Shown: piece after piece, positions 1 through 10,575 of the stretch
How positions within the stretch are numbered: the stretch's first letter is position 1
How the letters are laid out: each line of letters starts with the position of its first letter
Source: Pseudomonas sp.
Lineage (GTDB): Bacteria; Pseudomonadota; Gammaproteobacteria; Pseudomonadales; Pseudomonadaceae
NCBI RefSeq assembly: GCF_048269965.1
Contig: NZ_JBLWTV010000007.1
Span: 171,663-235,662 of the forward strand
Direction: 5' to 3'
DNA length: 64,000 nucleotides
Notes under the pieces: generated by a model
What the model saw: the letters and a program-made list of their open reading frames with translations, nothing else
Told to the model about the DNA's origin: nothing
Databases searched by the model: none
Program-made: the position numbers and the translations under genes

Positions 1-250
1 CAGAGTCGTGCCAGAGACGGGGCAGACTTTGGTCGATAGTGCTGAAAGGCTTGCAGGCAGGGTATTTCAGGCTTTCATGCCTCACTCGGAAAGCCTGGAG
101 AGAGGCGTATAGGTGTCCATATTTTTGGATTTAGTCCGTAGATCTGGACTTTCAGGTTTGAATTTTGTCCAGATATTTGGATATTTAGAGTGTTTCGTAG
201 GGTGGAAATCGCTGTTTATTTCCACCATTGAGCTCGGCGATATAGCCAAT

Positions 251-442
251 GGTGGATCGGTGAAGCGTGATCCACCCTACGCCCGAGCTGCAGCCCGGAT
301 GCAATCCGGGACTTTTGTGGGCGCCTGATCCCCGGATTTCATCCGGGCTACAAATTGCGGACGGCAACGGTTTCCGTAGGAGCGGCTTTAGCCGCGAAGC
401 GATTTCCGATTCGGTGACAATCGCGGCTGAAGCCGCTCCTAC
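251..442. repeat. Mosaic of three REP-type palindromic units
   Basis: Hairpins read directly: GGTGGATC-N10-GATCCACCCTAC (251-280), CCGGAT-gca-ATCCGG (about 295-309), CCCGGAT-ttc-ATCCGGGCTAC (about 331-351) and GTAGGAGCGGCT..AGCCGCTCCTAC (376-442). The same unit types recur at 30099, 31676, 40871, 52924 and 63614. Confidence 0.8.
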
Positions 443-458
443 GACCAGCGACCAGCGC

Positions 459-1919
459 TCAGCCCTTTCGCCCCAGCCCGTGCTGTGCCAGCTTGGCGTA
501 GAACCCGGCGCGGGAAATCCCCAGGCGTTCGGCTGCCAATTGGCGATTGCCATCCGTTGCGGCCAGGGCCGCCAATAGTGCCTGGCGCTCGGCGTGCGCC
601 AGTTGTTCGGCCAACGACTGCGCTGCACTCGTGATTGGCGGCGCAACGGGCGTCGGCGAGCTCGGCGCTACCGGGTCGACCAGCAAGCCACGCAAGGCTT
701 CGCCATCCAGCCGCCCATCGACCGCCAGTTGCGCCCGCTCCAGCAGGTTGCGCAACTCACGCACGTTGCCGCGCCAGGGCTGCGCGCAGAGCAGGGCGAG
801 GGCATCTTCCGTCAGCTCCATGGGCGCCAGGCCGGAGCGGTTGGCCAGGTCATCGAGCAGATGCTCGATCAGCGCGGGAATGTCGCTCGCGCGTTCGCGC
901 AACGGCGGCACGCGCAGGGCCAGCACGTTGAGGCGGTAGTAGAGATCGTCACGGAACTGCCCGGCGGCCACCTTGGCCTCCAGGTCGATATGAGTGGCGG
1001 CGATCACCCGCACGTTCAGCGGCTTGACCTGATTGGAGCCGAGCGGCTCCACCTCCTGCTCCTGCAACACGCGCAGCAGCTTGGCCTGCAGCGGCAGCGG
1101 CAGGTCGCCGATCTCGTCGAGAAACAGCGTGCCGCCGTTGGCCACTTCGAACTTGCCGATGCGCGCCTTGCGGTCGGCGCCGGTAAAGGCGCCGGGTGCC
1201 GTGCCGAACAGTTCGGCCTCGACCAGGGTTTCCGGAATGGCCGCGACGTTGACCGCGACGAAGGGACCGTTGGCGCGCGGCGACAGGTTATGGATGCCCT
1301 GCGCCAGCAGCTCCTTGCCGGTACCGGTCTCGCCACGGATCAGCACCGTGGCATCGAGCTGGGCGGCGCGACGAGCCTGGCGCTTCACCTCACTGGCCGC
1401 CGCGCTGGCGCCGATGAACCCGGCGATGGTGTAGCGTGCGCGGCGCGCCTTGGCCAATTCGTGTTGGGTGGCGAGCAACTGCGTCTGCAGGTTGGCGTAC
1501 TTGGCCATCAGCGGCTTGAGGTGACGGGCGCGGTCGAACAATACGAAGCCCAGCGCGCCGACCAGGGTGCCGTCCTCGTCGCGCAGCGGAATGCGGGTGA
1601 CCACGAAGTGCTCGCTGCCGAAGGCCATCAGGTCGAGCATGCTCGGCTGGCCGCTTTCCACCACCTCGCGCAGGCGGCTGGCCGGCAGCACTTCCTCGAT
1701 TTCCTTGCCCAGCGCCGTGCGCGCATCGGCGATGCCGACCTTCTGCGCGTACTTGTCGTTGATCCAGACGATGCGCGCCTGGCGGTTGACCGCGATGGTG
1801 CCCTCGCACTGCGCATCGAGGTGATCGAACAGCAGCGGCATGGCCACCGCGCGAAAGCGCTCGGGCGACACGCCGATGATCAGGCCGTGCTGGTCGAGGT
1901 CGTCGCGGGAAATGGCCAT
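459..1919 (-). CDS. Sigma-54-dependent transcriptional activator (PAS-like sensor, AAA+ domain, Fis-type HTH)
   Basis: ORF 459..1985 has Walker A GETGTGKE, the sigma-54 contact motif GAFTGA, and a C-terminal HTH ([20 protein letters not shown]). It lies divergent from the TRAP operon. The track start at 1985 is TTG; the first ATG (MAISRDDL) is at 1919, so the start is uncertain. Confidence 0.85.
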   Translation of the reverse strand: MAISRDDLDQHGLIIGVSPERFRAVAMPLLFDHLDAQCEGTIAVNRQARIVWINDKYAQKVGIADARTALGKEIEEVLPASRLREVVESGQPSMLDLMAFGSEHFVVTRIPLRDEDGTLVGALGFVLFDRARHLKPLMAKYANLQTQLLATQHELAKARRARYTIAGFIGASAAASEVKRQARRAAQLDATVLIRGETGTGKELLAQGIHNLSPRANGPFVAVNVAAIPETLVEAELFGTAPGAFTGADRKARIGKFEVANGGTLFLDEIGDLPLPLQAKLLRVLQEQEVEPLGSNQVKPLNVRVIAATHIDLEAKVAAGQFRDDLYYRLNVLALRVPPLRERASDIPALIEHLLDDLANRSGLAPMELTEDALALLCAQPWRGNVRELRNLLERAQLAVDGRLDGEALRGLLVDPVAPSSPTPVAPPITSAAQSLAEQLAHAERQALLAALAATDGNRQLAAERLGISRAGFYAKLAQHGLGRKG

Positions 1920-2218
1920 GGGCGAGGGTCCGGAAGTGAAATGTCGGTGATTATGGGCAGCGCCGATCAGGCCGGGCAACGTCAACAGTCATCGGACAAT
2001 GGCATTCGCCGCGCGCTTCTGGAATAGTTGGGCGGCCGCGCGCAACCCGCCGGCACCTGCCGATCGCCCACAAGGCCTGCCCGGCAGCCGTGACACCTGC
2101 CGTGTCCCTTTCGCGTGCCGACCAGGCGCGCCAGGCGAGCCATCCGCCCGCCGCTGGATCCGCACCGCTTTGCCGGTGCCACAACGACAACGACCAAGAT
2201 CCATACAAGGACGCCCCG

Positions 2219-3220
2219 ATGAAACTCAAGCGACTCTTCTCCGCGCTCGCCGCCGGCGCTGCGCTGACCGCCCTGTGCGCCACCGCGCAAGCGCGTGAAT
2301 ACTCCGTTTCCACCGTGCTGTCGGACGCCTTCCCCTGGGGCCAGGCCGCGCAGAAGTGGGCCGATCTGGTCAACGAGCGCTCCGAGGGGCGCATCACCCT
2401 GCGCGTTTACCCCAATGCGCAACTGGTGGCCGGCGACCAGACCAAGGAATTCTCCGCCATGCGCTCCGGCCTGATCGACATGGCCGTGGGCTCGACCATC
2501 AACTGGTCGCCGCAGGTGCCGGAACTCAACCTGTTCTCCCTGCCGTTTTTGATGAAGAACGATGCCGACCTCGATGCCATCACCCAGGGTGAAGCCGGCA
2601 AACTGGCCTTCGCCGCCATCGAGCAGCGTGGCATCGTGCCGCTGGCCTGGGGCGAGAACGGCTTCCGCCAGCTGTCCAACTCGGCCAAGCCGGTGCGCAG
2701 CCCGGCTGACATGGCGGGTCTGAAGATTCGCGTGGTCGGCTCGCCGCTGTTCCAGGACACCTTCACCGCCCTCGGCGCCAACCCGACGCAGATGAGCTGG
2801 GCCGATGCCAAGCCGGCGCTGACCACCGGCGCGGTGGACGGCCAGGAAAACCCGCTGTCGGTATTCGACGTGGCGCGTGTCGACCAGGTTGGCCAGAAGT
2901 ACCTGACCCTGTGGGACTACATGGCCGACCCGCTGGTGTTCGCCGTCAACCAGCGCGTATGGAAATCCCTGCCCGAGGAAGATCGCGAGCTGCTCAGCCA
3001 GGCCGCCATCGACGCCGGCAAGTGGGAGATCGAACTGTCGCGCGGTGCCCAGGCGCAGCGCCTGGTCGACGTGCGTGAGCGCGGCGTGGAAGTGATCGAA
3101 CTGAGCGACGCCGAGCGCGCCGCCTTCGTCGAGGCCACCGCCAGCGTGCATGAGAAATGGGCACCGCGCATCGGCGATGCGCTGATGGACGCCGCGCGCA
3201 AGGCCGTGGCCCAGCCCTGA
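2219..3220 (+). CDS. TRAP transporter periplasmic solute-binding protein (DctP family)
   Basis: ORF 2090..3220 trimmed to ATG 2219, where a signal peptide begins (MKLKRLFSALAAGAALTALCATAQA). DctP-like sequence, followed by DctQ and DctM genes. Confidence 0.85.
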   Translation: MKLKRLFSALAAGAALTALCATAQAREYSVSTVLSDAFPWGQAAQKWADLVNERSEGRITLRVYPNAQLVAGDQTKEFSAMRSGLIDMAVGSTINWSPQVPELNLFSLPFLMKNDADLDAITQGEAGKLAFAAIEQRGIVPLAWGENGFRQLSNSAKPVRSPADMAGLKIRVVGSPLFQDTFTALGANPTQMSWADAKPALTTGAVDGQENPLSVFDVARVDQVGQKYLTLWDYMADPLVFAVNQRVWKSLPEEDRELLSQAAIDAGKWEIELSRGAQAQRLVDVRERGVEVIELSDAERAAFVEATASVHEKWAPRIGDALMDAARKAVAQP

Positions 3221-3293
3221 TTCGTTTCATCTGACCGGAAGCCCAAGGGCTTCGGGGCGTGATGCTGCAAGTCTGTCGCGCGACACCGATCCG

Positions 3294-3335
3294 CTCCCCT
3301 CTACCATTTATGGGAGAGGGGCTGGGGGAGAGGGC
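3294..3335. repeat. REP-type hairpin of the GGGAGAGGG family
   Basis: CTCCCCTCT-N11-GAGAGGGG followed by GGGGGAGAGGGC. Related units occur at 9481-9563, 55421-55472 and 56827-56946. Confidence 0.7.
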
Positions 3336-3383
3336 TAGCGGTACTTCTGTAGAACAACGCCAAGTCGGTCATTCGAGGTTCTT

Positions 3384-3860
3384 ATGAGCAAGCCAGTCGA
3401 CGCGCCGCTGGAGCGCGTGCTCGCCACCCTGGCCCTGGTGATCATCAGTCTGATCAGCCTGGCCAACGTCGTGGTGCGTTATTTCACCGATGCATCCTTC
3501 GCCTTCACCGAGGAAATCTCGGTGTTCCTGTTGGTCATCCTTACCTTCGCCGGCGCCTCGGTGGCCATGCGCAGCAACCGGCACATTCGTATCGGCCTGC
3601 TGGAGCGCATGTTCCCGCGTCTGCGCACGCCGCTGATCCTGTTGCAGTGGCTGGCCGGCGCGCTGGTGCTGGGGCTGGTGTGCTGGTTCGGTGGCCAGTT
3701 CGCCTGGGAGGAATTCCAGTGGGATTCCGAGTCGCCCGGCCTCGGCCTGCCCAACTGGTGGTACGTGATCTGGCTGCCGATCCTGGCGCTGCTGGTGTTC
3801 GTACGCCTGAGCCAGATGACCGTCGATCGTCTGCGCGGGAGGATCAGCGATGAGCCCTGA
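3384..3860 (+). CDS. TRAP transporter small permease (DctQ family)
   Basis: 158-aa hydrophobic ORF with four predicted TM segments. It sits between the DctP-like and DctM-like genes and overlaps the next gene by 11 nt. Confidence 0.85.
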   Translation: MSKPVDAPLERVLATLALVIISLISLANVVVRYFTDASFAFTEEISVFLLVILTFAGASVAMRSNRHIRIGLLERMFPRLRTPLILLQWLAGALVLGLVCWFGGQFAWEEFQWDSESPGLGLPNWWYVIWLPILALLVFVRLSQMTVDRLRGRISDEP

Positions 3861-5145
3861 TCTCTGGCTGATCCTCAGTTTCGCCGTGCTGCTGGCACTC
3901 GGTGTACCGGTGGCGTTCGCCCTCGGCCTGTCCGGCGCCATCGGCATCATCGCCGGCCTGTCGCCGGACATGCTCGCCACCCTCGGCACCAACACCTACA
4001 ACGGCGTGGCCAAGTACCCGCTGATCGCCATTCCGTTGTTCATCCTCACCGGCCTGGTGTTCGAGAAAGCCGGCGTGGCCCTGAGGTTGGTGCGCTTCGC
4101 CCAGGCGGTGATCGGCCCGCGTCATGGCGGCCTGGCCATGGTCGCGGTGCTGGTGTGCCTGATCATGGGCGGCATGAGCGGCTCCGGTCCGGCCGATGCC
4201 GCCGCCGTGGCCATGGTGATGCTGCCGAGCATGACCAAGGCGGGTTATCCGAGACCGTTCTCCGCCACGCTGATCGCCGCTTCGGCCTCGACGGCGATCC
4301 TGATTCCGCCGTCGATCGCGCTGATTCTCTACTCCATCGTGGTACCGGGCGTGGACCTGCGCGCGCTGTTCGCCGCCGGCCTGTTCCCCGGCATCCTGGC
4401 CGGCCTGGTGCTGCTGCTGCCGGCCTGGCTGCTGTCGCGCCGTTACGGCTGGGAGTCCCCGGAGCAGGGCGAGCGTCCGCCGCTGGGCGAGAGCTTCAAG
4501 CAGGCGCTGCCAGCGCTGTTCGCCCCGGTGCTGATCCTCGGTGGCCTGCGCAGCGGGCTGTTCACCCCCACTGAAGCCGCTGTGGTCGGCGTGACCTACG
4601 GCGTGCTGATCGGCCTGTTCGTCACCCGCGAGCTGGACTGGCGCAGCCTCTGGCGCCTGTGTGGCGAAGCCGGGGTGATCTCCGGTGTAGTCATGCTGAT
4701 CATCGCCCTGGCCGGCATCTTCGCCTGGGCCGGCACCCTGCTCGGCACCTTCCGCCACCTGGCCGAATGGCTGATCTCGCTGTCGGATAACGGCTGGGTG
4801 CTGCTGGCGCTGGTGATGCTCGCCGTGCTGCTGGCCGGCATGCTGCTCGATGCCATCTCCATCTACCTGATCCTGATGCCGATCCTGATTCCGGTGATGC
4901 AGCACTTCGGCTGGAACCCGGTGTGGTTCGGCATCCTGCTGGCAATGAACATCGCCATCGGCCAGTTCACCCCACCGGTGGCGATCAACCTGATGGTCAC
5001 GGCGGAGGTCGCCAAGATACGCCTGGAGCAGACCGTCGGCTGGGCCGCGCTGTTCGTCGTGGTGATGTCCAGTGCCCTGCTGCTGGTGGCGATCTTCCCG
5101 GAAATCGCCCTGTGGCTGCCGCGCATGCTGGGTTATGCGGTGTAA
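3850..5145 (+). CDS. TRAP transporter large permease (DctM family)
   Basis: 431-aa polytopic membrane ORF with a typical DctM N-terminus (MSPDLWLILSFAVLLALGVPVAFALG). Confidence 0.9.
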   Translation: MSPDLWLILSFAVLLALGVPVAFALGLSGAIGIIAGLSPDMLATLGTNTYNGVAKYPLIAIPLFILTGLVFEKAGVALRLVRFAQAVIGPRHGGLAMVAVLVCLIMGGMSGSGPADAAAVAMVMLPSMTKAGYPRPFSATLIAASASTAILIPPSIALILYSIVVPGVDLRALFAAGLFPGILAGLVLLLPAWLLSRRYGWESPEQGERPPLGESFKQALPALFAPVLILGGLRSGLFTPTEAAVVGVTYGVLIGLFVTRELDWRSLWRLCGEAGVISGVVMLIIALAGIFAWAGTLLGTFRHLAEWLISLSDNGWVLLALVMLAVLLAGMLLDAISIYLILMPILIPVMQHFGWNPVWFGILLAMNIAIGQFTPPVAINLMVTAEVAKIRLEQTVGWAALFVVVMSSALLLVAIFPEIALWLPRMLGYAV

Positions 5146-5301
5146 ACGTCTATAGTTGCCTGATGGTGCGCAGCGGGGGGTTGCGCACCGCTGAGGGCGG
5201 CGGCGCTGGGCACCAAGATGAGTGACGGCAACTATAACGATCACAGGGATGTAGGCGCAGGGCACTGCGAAGGGCTGCGCGAGTCGGGCAAGCGCAAGCT
5301 G

Positions 5302-6318
5302 ATGCGCACCATCCTGCTCGCCACCGGCCTGACCCTGGGCGGCTTTGCCGTGCTGCAGGCGCTGGCCGGCAACTATCCCTTCGCCATCCTCGAAGTGCTG
5401 TGCACCGCCTTGCTGCTGTTCGGCGCCTGGCGCATCGAAGGCGCCCGCCATCTGTACCTGTGGATCTACCTGTACCTGATCCCGACCTTCTGCTTCATCC
5501 TCTACATCATCGTCATGCCGGACGCCTCAGCGGCGGCGTTCGTCTGGCTGTACATGATCCCGCTGCTGGCCTACCTGCTGCTGGGCAAGCAGCGCGCCTT
5601 CCTGCTCACCGCGCCGTTCATGTTCGCCGGGCTTTTGCTGTACTTCGCCGACAACCACCTGACCCTGGACACCTTCGGCCTGATCGACCTGGGCAACGCC
5701 GCCCTGTGTGGCGTGCTGATCCTGGTGTTCGTGCACATCTACGACGGCTTGCGCATGCAGGCCCACGAGGAGTTGGAGCGCCTGGCGCAGACCGACTCGC
5801 TGACCGGCGTGGCCAGCCGCGGCAGCTTCCAGCACGCCCTGCAACGCAGCATTCAGGAGGCCGAACGCAGCAACGGGCATCTGGTGCTGGTGCTGCTCGA
5901 CGTCGACCACTTCAAGCAGGTCAACGATCAGTGGGGGCACGAGGCGGGCGATATGGCGCTGCAGCACATCTGTCAGATCCTCCAGCAACGCCTGCGCGTG
6001 ACCGACTTTCTCGGTCGCCTGGGCGGGGAGGAGTTCGGCCTGCTGCTACGCCATACCGACAGCGCCGGCGCCGACCCGCTGGTGGACAAGCTGCGCAAGC
6101 AGATCGCCGAACAGCCGCTTGAGTACGATGGTGAGCAGATCGCCTTGTCCGCCACCTTCGGCCTGGCTGCCTGGCCCGTTGACGGCCGCAGCGCCGCGGA
6201 GCTCTACCGCGCCGCTGATCGTCGCCTGTACAGCGGCAAGCAGCGCGGCCGCAATCAACTGGTCAGCGCCGACCTGCCGACCGAGCTGCTCCTGGACAAG
6301 TTCGACGTGCGGCTTTGA
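5302..6318 (+). CDS. Membrane-anchored diguanylate cyclase (GGDEF domain)
   Basis: ORF 5218..6318 has an N-terminal multi-TM region and a C-terminal GGDEF domain with GGEEF (RLGGEEFGLLL). A start at ATG 5302 (MRTILLATGL) is preferred but uncertain. Confidence 0.8.
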   Translation: MRTILLATGLTLGGFAVLQALAGNYPFAILEVLCTALLLFGAWRIEGARHLYLWIYLYLIPTFCFILYIIVMPDASAAAFVWLYMIPLLAYLLLGKQRAFLLTAPFMFAGLLLYFADNHLTLDTFGLIDLGNAALCGVLILVFVHIYDGLRMQAHEELERLAQTDSLTGVASRGSFQHALQRSIQEAERSNGHLVLVLLDVDHFKQVNDQWGHEAGDMALQHICQILQQRLRVTDFLGRLGGEEFGLLLRHTDSAGADPLVDKLRKQIAEQPLEYDGEQIALSATFGLAAWPVDGRSAAELYRAADRRLYSGKQRGRNQLVSADLPTELLLDKFDVRL

Positions 6319-6325
6319 GTGCCGG

Positions 6326-6694
6326 CTAGCGTGCTGCGCTGTTGGAGGCGGCGGGCACGCAGGGCTGCTGGCCCATGCCCGCCAGGTTTTCGACGTCGTT
6401 CAGCACGTTATGGCCCTGATTGACCTTCTGCGCGTTCTCCGCCACTTCCATGCGTTTTGCATAGGTCGCCGAGTTGCCATTGAAGCTCTGCTGTGTCTCC
6501 AGCACGGTGTTGGCCATCTCCAGCAGGCTGCGCCCGGTAGCGATCAGGTTGCTGGTCGCGCTCGGTGCGCAGGGATCGTTGGCCAGCTGGGTGTTCTGCA
6601 GCCCCTGGGTTTGCGTGTTCTGCGCCAGACATCCGCTCAGCGAGGCCAGCGCGGCGACGCTCATGAGGACGCCCAGTGTTCCTTTGCTGTTCAT
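6326..6694 (-). CDS. Small lipoprotein of unknown function
   Basis: Inner ATG at 6694 is preceded by AAGGGA. It has a signal peptide with a lipobox (VAALASLSGC) and encodes 122 aa. The longer track ORF to 6865 lacks a signal peptide at its start. Confidence 0.6.
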   Translation of the reverse strand: MNSKGTLGVLMSVAALASLSGCLAQNTQTQGLQNTQLANDPCAPSATSNLIATGRSLLEMANTVLETQQSFNGNSATYAKRMEVAENAQKVNQGHNVLNDVENLAGMGQQPCVPAASNSAAR

Positions 6695-6890
6695 CAAGCA
6701 TTCCCTTTCATGACCGGGCCCCGACCCTGTGTCGAGGCGTTGCCCGGATTCTAGGAACGGGTGGGAGCGCGCGAAATAGTACGGGTGTACTAGTGTCGTT
6801 GTGCCTGCCAAACAGCTCCTTGCGCGGGCTGCAGGCTCCGGCCTAAGGTGCCGACACGACCACATGCGCTGTCATCAGCAGGGAAATGTC

Positions 6891-8522
6891 ATGTACCGCA
6901 ACGCCTTCACCGTTTACGACACCGAACGCGCCCAGGCCGGGGTGCGGATGATCTTCATGTCGGTCGCCGCCTGCTACATCGTGATCCTCTACCATCTCGC
7001 GCTGATCGATCCGGCGCTGGTATGGAAGGTCTTTCTCCTGGAGGGCGCCTTCAGCGTCGCCGCGACACTGATCTGGTTCGATATCCGGCGGCGTCCGGGC
7101 GACTATCGCGGGCGCCGGCTGATCACCCTGCTCACCGACTATGCCGGTATCACGGTGGCCCTGGCATCTGGTGGCGCGGCCATGCTGCCGGTCTATGCGA
7201 TCCTCATCTGGGTCACCATCGGCTACGGCCTGCGCTACGGCTCCGGCTACCTGCTGCTGGCCACCCTGATGGCGCTGTTGTCGCTTGGCGTGGCCGCCAG
7301 CCTGTCGGCGTACTGGCAATCGCAGCCCTACCTGATCGTCACGCTGCTGCTCACCACCCTGATGGCGCCGGCCTACATGCACGTGCTGCTCAAGCGCTCG
7401 CGCCAGGCGGCAGAGGCCGAGCAGGCTGCCAACCGGGCCAAGTCGCAGTTTCTCGCCCAGGCCAGCCACGACCTGCGACAACCCATTCATTCCATCAGCC
7501 TGTTCACCGCCTGCCTGCGCGACAGCAGCCTGGGCACCGAACAGCTGCGCCTGGTGGAGAACATCGACAGATCACTGCATAGCGTCGCACGCCTGTTCCG
7601 CACGATTCTCGATATGTACTCGCTCGACAGCGGCAAGGTGGTGCCGCAGCCGGAATCGCTGGAGCTGCGCGGCCTGCTGCAGCAACTCATTCAGCAGAAT
7701 GTCGAGGCGGCGCGCTGGGCCGGGGTCGAGATACGCCTGCACTGCCCGTCGCTGCATGTGCGTGCCGACCCGGTGCTGCTCACCACCATGCTGCAGAACC
7801 TGCTGTCCAATGCGCTGAAATACGCGCCAGGCAAGCCGCTGCTGATCGCCTGTCGTCGCCGGGGGGCAGGCGTTGCCATCGAGGTCTACGACAAGGGGCG
7901 CGGCATCGCCGCCGGCCATCTCGACAACGTCTTCGAGGAGTTCTACCGCGTGCGGCAGGAGCGAGACAGCGATGTCGAGGGGATGGGCCTGGGTCTGGCC
8001 ATCGTCAGGCGCCTGGGAGCGCTGATGGACATGCGCGTGAGCATTCGCTCCGTGGAGGCACGCGGCACGCGGGTGGTGATCGCCGGCTTGCAGCGCGTCG
8101 AGGCGCCGCGCGAGCTGCCTTCGACAACGGGCGGCAGTCTGCAGGCGCCGCGCATGCTCGATGGCTTGCGCGTGTGCCTGATCGAGGATGACCAGAACGT
8201 GCTCATGGCCACCGCCACCTTGCTGCAGAAGTGGGGCTGCGAAGTCGCCACCTTCAGCACGCTGCCCGATGCCTCGGCGCATTTCGATCTGGTGGTGACC
8301 GACTTCGACCTGGGCACCGAGGCTTCGGGGGCCGACTGCATCCAGCACGTGCGGCGCAGCAGTGGGCGCAAGGTACCGGCGATCATCATGACCGGGCACG
8401 ACGTGCGCCGTGTGCAGGAGCAGGTGGGCGACAGCGATATTCCGATCCTGGCGAAGCCGGTGCAGCCCGCCGAGCTGCGTTCGCTGCTGGTGGCCTTGAA
8501 ACTCCAGCTCAGGGCTGCGTGA
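6891..8522 (+). CDS. Hybrid sensor histidine kinase (TM region, HisKA, HATPase, C-terminal receiver)
   Basis: H-box SHDLRQPIHSI, a G-box region (GMGLGLAIV), and a C-terminal receiver-like segment (VCLIEDD..LVVTDFDL). ATG 6891 is preceded by AGGGAA. Confidence 0.85.
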   Translation: MYRNAFTVYDTERAQAGVRMIFMSVAACYIVILYHLALIDPALVWKVFLLEGAFSVAATLIWFDIRRRPGDYRGRRLITLLTDYAGITVALASGGAAMLPVYAILIWVTIGYGLRYGSGYLLLATLMALLSLGVAASLSAYWQSQPYLIVTLLLTTLMAPAYMHVLLKRSRQAAEAEQAANRAKSQFLAQASHDLRQPIHSISLFTACLRDSSLGTEQLRLVENIDRSLHSVARLFRTILDMYSLDSGKVVPQPESLELRGLLQQLIQQNVEAARWAGVEIRLHCPSLHVRADPVLLTTMLQNLLSNALKYAPGKPLLIACRRRGAGVAIEVYDKGRGIAAGHLDNVFEEFYRVRQERDSDVEGMGLGLAIVRRLGALMDMRVSIRSVEARGTRVVIAGLQRVEAPRELPSTTGGSLQAPRMLDGLRVCLIEDDQNVLMATATLLQKWGCEVATFSTLPDASAHFDLVVTDFDLGTEASGADCIQHVRRSSGRKVPAIIMTGHDVRRVQEQVGDSDIPILAKPVQPAELRSLLVALKLQLRAA

Positions 8523-8525
8523 TGA

Positions 8526-9161
8526 TCACACCAGCCCGGCCTTGGCCCCCTTGGCGGCGGCGGCGGCACGGGTGCTGACGTCCAGCGTGCGCAGCAGCGA
8601 CGAAACGTGAATGCGTACGGTAAAGGGCGAGATCGCCAGCTCGCGGGCGATTTCCTTGTTCGACAGGCCGCGCACCACCAGCAGCAAGACCTCCTGCTGA
8701 CGTGGCGTCAGTTGCTCCAGCAGATGACGGCCCTCGGCGAAGGCCGGCACGCCGGCGGGGCCCAGGCTCATGACGAACTCCCCGGCGCGCACGGCCAGCA
8801 AGGCATCGGCGATTTCATCCGGCGGCACCGCCTTGCCGATGAAACCGTCCGCACCGGCCGCCATGACCTCATCGATCAACTCGCGGTTGTCGACCATCGA
8901 CACGATCACGATCGAGCTGCGCGCAAAGGTCTGACGCAGGGCGCTGATGGCCTGTGGCGACTGGCCGGGGAACAGCAGGTCGAGCATGAACAGGCTCGGT
9001 GCCGTGCCAGCGTGCCCCAGGCTCAGCACCTCATCCATGTCGCCGGCTTCGAGAATGCATGCCTGGGGGAAGACGCGCTGGGCGATACGACACAGGCCAT
9101 CGCGGAAAACCGGATGATCGTCGGCGACGATGATGCGTTCGTGTGGTGACTGTTCAGACAT
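8526..9161 (-). CDS. LuxR/FixJ-family response regulator
   Basis: Receiver domain ([13 protein letters not shown]...MLDLLFPG) plus a LuxR HTH ([36 protein letters not shown]). Convergent with the hybrid kinase. Start is either ATG 9161 or ATG 9176. Confidence 0.85.
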   Translation of the reverse strand: MSEQSPHERIIVADDHPVFRDGLCRIAQRVFPQACILEAGDMDEVLSLGHAGTAPSLFMLDLLFPGQSPQAISALRQTFARSSIVIVSMVDNRELIDEVMAAGADGFIGKAVPPDEIADALLAVRAGEFVMSLGPAGVPAFAEGRHLLEQLTPRQQEVLLLVVRGLSNKEIARELAISPFTVRIHVSSLLRTLDVSTRAAAAAKGAKAGLV

Positions 9162-9320
9162 GCTGGGCGCCTTCATATTGGCGCCAGACTAGAGTCATAT
9201 CCCTGGCGGCGCCAGTGGCAGGTTCTCAGTATTACCGCTGGCTTGGTCGCCCCGAGTGAACTGCAAGGCGCTGCCCGCAGTCTGTTCAGGTACCCCTTAT
9301 GGAATGTAAAGGAGTACCGC

Positions 9321-9479
9321 ATGGACCTTATCCGTATCCTCATCGCCATCCTGCTGCCGCCGCTGGGAGTGTTTCTCCAGGTCGGTTTCGGCGGCGCGTT
9401 CTGGCTGAACATCCTGCTCACCCTGCTCGGCTACATCCCCGGCATCGTGCACGCGGTGTACATCATCGCCAAACGCTGA
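9321..9479 (+). CDS. YqaE/Pmp3-family small membrane proteolipid
   Basis: 52 aa (MDLIRILIAILLPPLGVFLQVGFGGAFWLNILLTLLGYIPGIVHAVYIIAKR). Strong SD AAGGAG at 9309-9314. Confidence 0.8.
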   Translation: MDLIRILIAILLPPLGVFLQVGFGGAFWLNILLTLLGYIPGIVHAVYIIAKR

Positions 9480-9480
9480 G

Positions 9481-9563
9481 GCCCTCTCCGAGCTTATTCG
9501 CCTGCCTAGTCGAACGCGCTTTCTCCCCTCTCCCGCTTGCGGGAGAGGGGCGGGGGAGAGGGC
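9481..9563. repeat. Composite REP element (GGGAGAGGG family)
   Basis: Outer arms GCCCTCTCC (9481-9489) and GGAGAGGGC (9555-9563) enclose the inner hairpin CTCCCCTCTCCC-gcttgc-GGGAGAGGGG. It sits between convergent genes, so it may terminate both. Confidence 0.7.
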
Positions 9564-9610
9564 AGAAGATCACGCAGCAATTTGCTTATCTCGCCCCTGG
9601 CGAAGCCCCC

Positions 9611-10573
9611 TCATTCCCGCCGCAAAAAGTGCACGCTGAACAACTGCGCCGGGTCGCGCCACATGGCGACCGAGGCGAAGCCGCATGCGCCCGCTAGATC
9701 ACGAAAACCGCTGGGCGTGTACTTGTAGGAGTTCTCCGTGTGCAGGGTTTCGCCAGCGGCGAACTCGAACACGCGATCCTCGATGCGCACCCGCTGCGCC
9801 TGGCGGCTGAGCAGATGCATCTCGATGCGTGACTCGGCTTCGTTGTAGAAGGCCCGGTGCTGGAAGCGGCGCGGGTCGATGTCGCTGTGCAGCTCGTTGC
9901 GGATGCGCTCGAGCAGGTTGAGGTTGAACAGCGCAGTGACCCCGGCCGCATCGTTGTAGGCGCGCTCCAGCACCTGGCGGTCTTTCACCAGGTCCACGCC
10001 GATCAGCAAGCCGCTGCCTGCCGGCAGTGCCTGATGCAGGTTGCGCAGAAAGGCGCGCGCCGCGTCCGGGTCGAAATTGCCGATGCTGGAGCCGGGAAAG
10101 AACGCCAGCGGCCGTTGCCCCAGCGCCTCGGTGGGCAGCTTCAAGGGCTGGCTGAAGTCGGCGCACAGCGCGTGCACGTCGAGCCAGCGATAGTCGGCGG
10201 CCAGGCGGCGCGTGCTGCCATGCAGAAAATCGCGGGAGATATCGATGCCCAGGTAACGCGCCGGGCGCAGGGCTTCGAGCAGCAGGCGGATCTTGCGACT
10301 GGCGCCGCTGCCCAGCTCCACCAGGCTGGCGTTGCGCCCGGCCAGCTCGGCGATATCGTGCGCCGCCAGGCGCAGAATGGTTTCCTCGGTGCGCGTCGGG
10401 TAGTACTCCGGCTGCAGGCAGATCAGCTCGAACAGCTGCGAACCGCGATGATCGTAGAAGAACTTCGGCGACATCGCCTTCGGGCTGGCCGCGAAGCCGC
10501 GCAACGCTTCTTCGCGCAACGACTCCAGCTCCGGGCTGATGGATTGTTCGTGGGTACGGATTGCCAATGCCAT
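9611..10573 (-). CDS. egtD: L-histidine N-alpha-methyltransferase (ergothioneine pathway)
   Basis: Full-length resemblance to EgtD as I remember the mycobacterial sequence: FFYDHRGSQLFELICLQPEYYPTRTEETIL, LVELGSGASRK, AYNDAAGVT, ESRIEMHL. Confidence 0.85.
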   Translation of the reverse strand: MALAIRTHEQSISPELESLREEALRGFAASPKAMSPKFFYDHRGSQLFELICLQPEYYPTRTEETILRLAAHDIAELAGRNASLVELGSGASRKIRLLLEALRPARYLGIDISRDFLHGSTRRLAADYRWLDVHALCADFSQPLKLPTEALGQRPLAFFPGSSIGNFDPDAARAFLRNLHQALPAGSGLLIGVDLVKDRQVLERAYNDAAGVTALFNLNLLERIRNELHSDIDPRRFQHRAFYNEAESRIEMHLLSRQAQRVRIEDRVFEFAAGETLHTENSYKYTPSGFRDLAGACGFASVAMWRDPAQLFSVHFLRRE

Positions 10574-10575
10574 GC

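Noticed and set aside
1990-2218. Search for a sigma-54 promoter upstream of the TRAP operon next to the sigma-54 activator.
   Set aside because: The only GG-N10-GC candidate (TGGCATTCGCCGCGCG, about 1999-2014) has a poor -12 element and lies more than 200 nt from the ATG. It is not reported as a feature.
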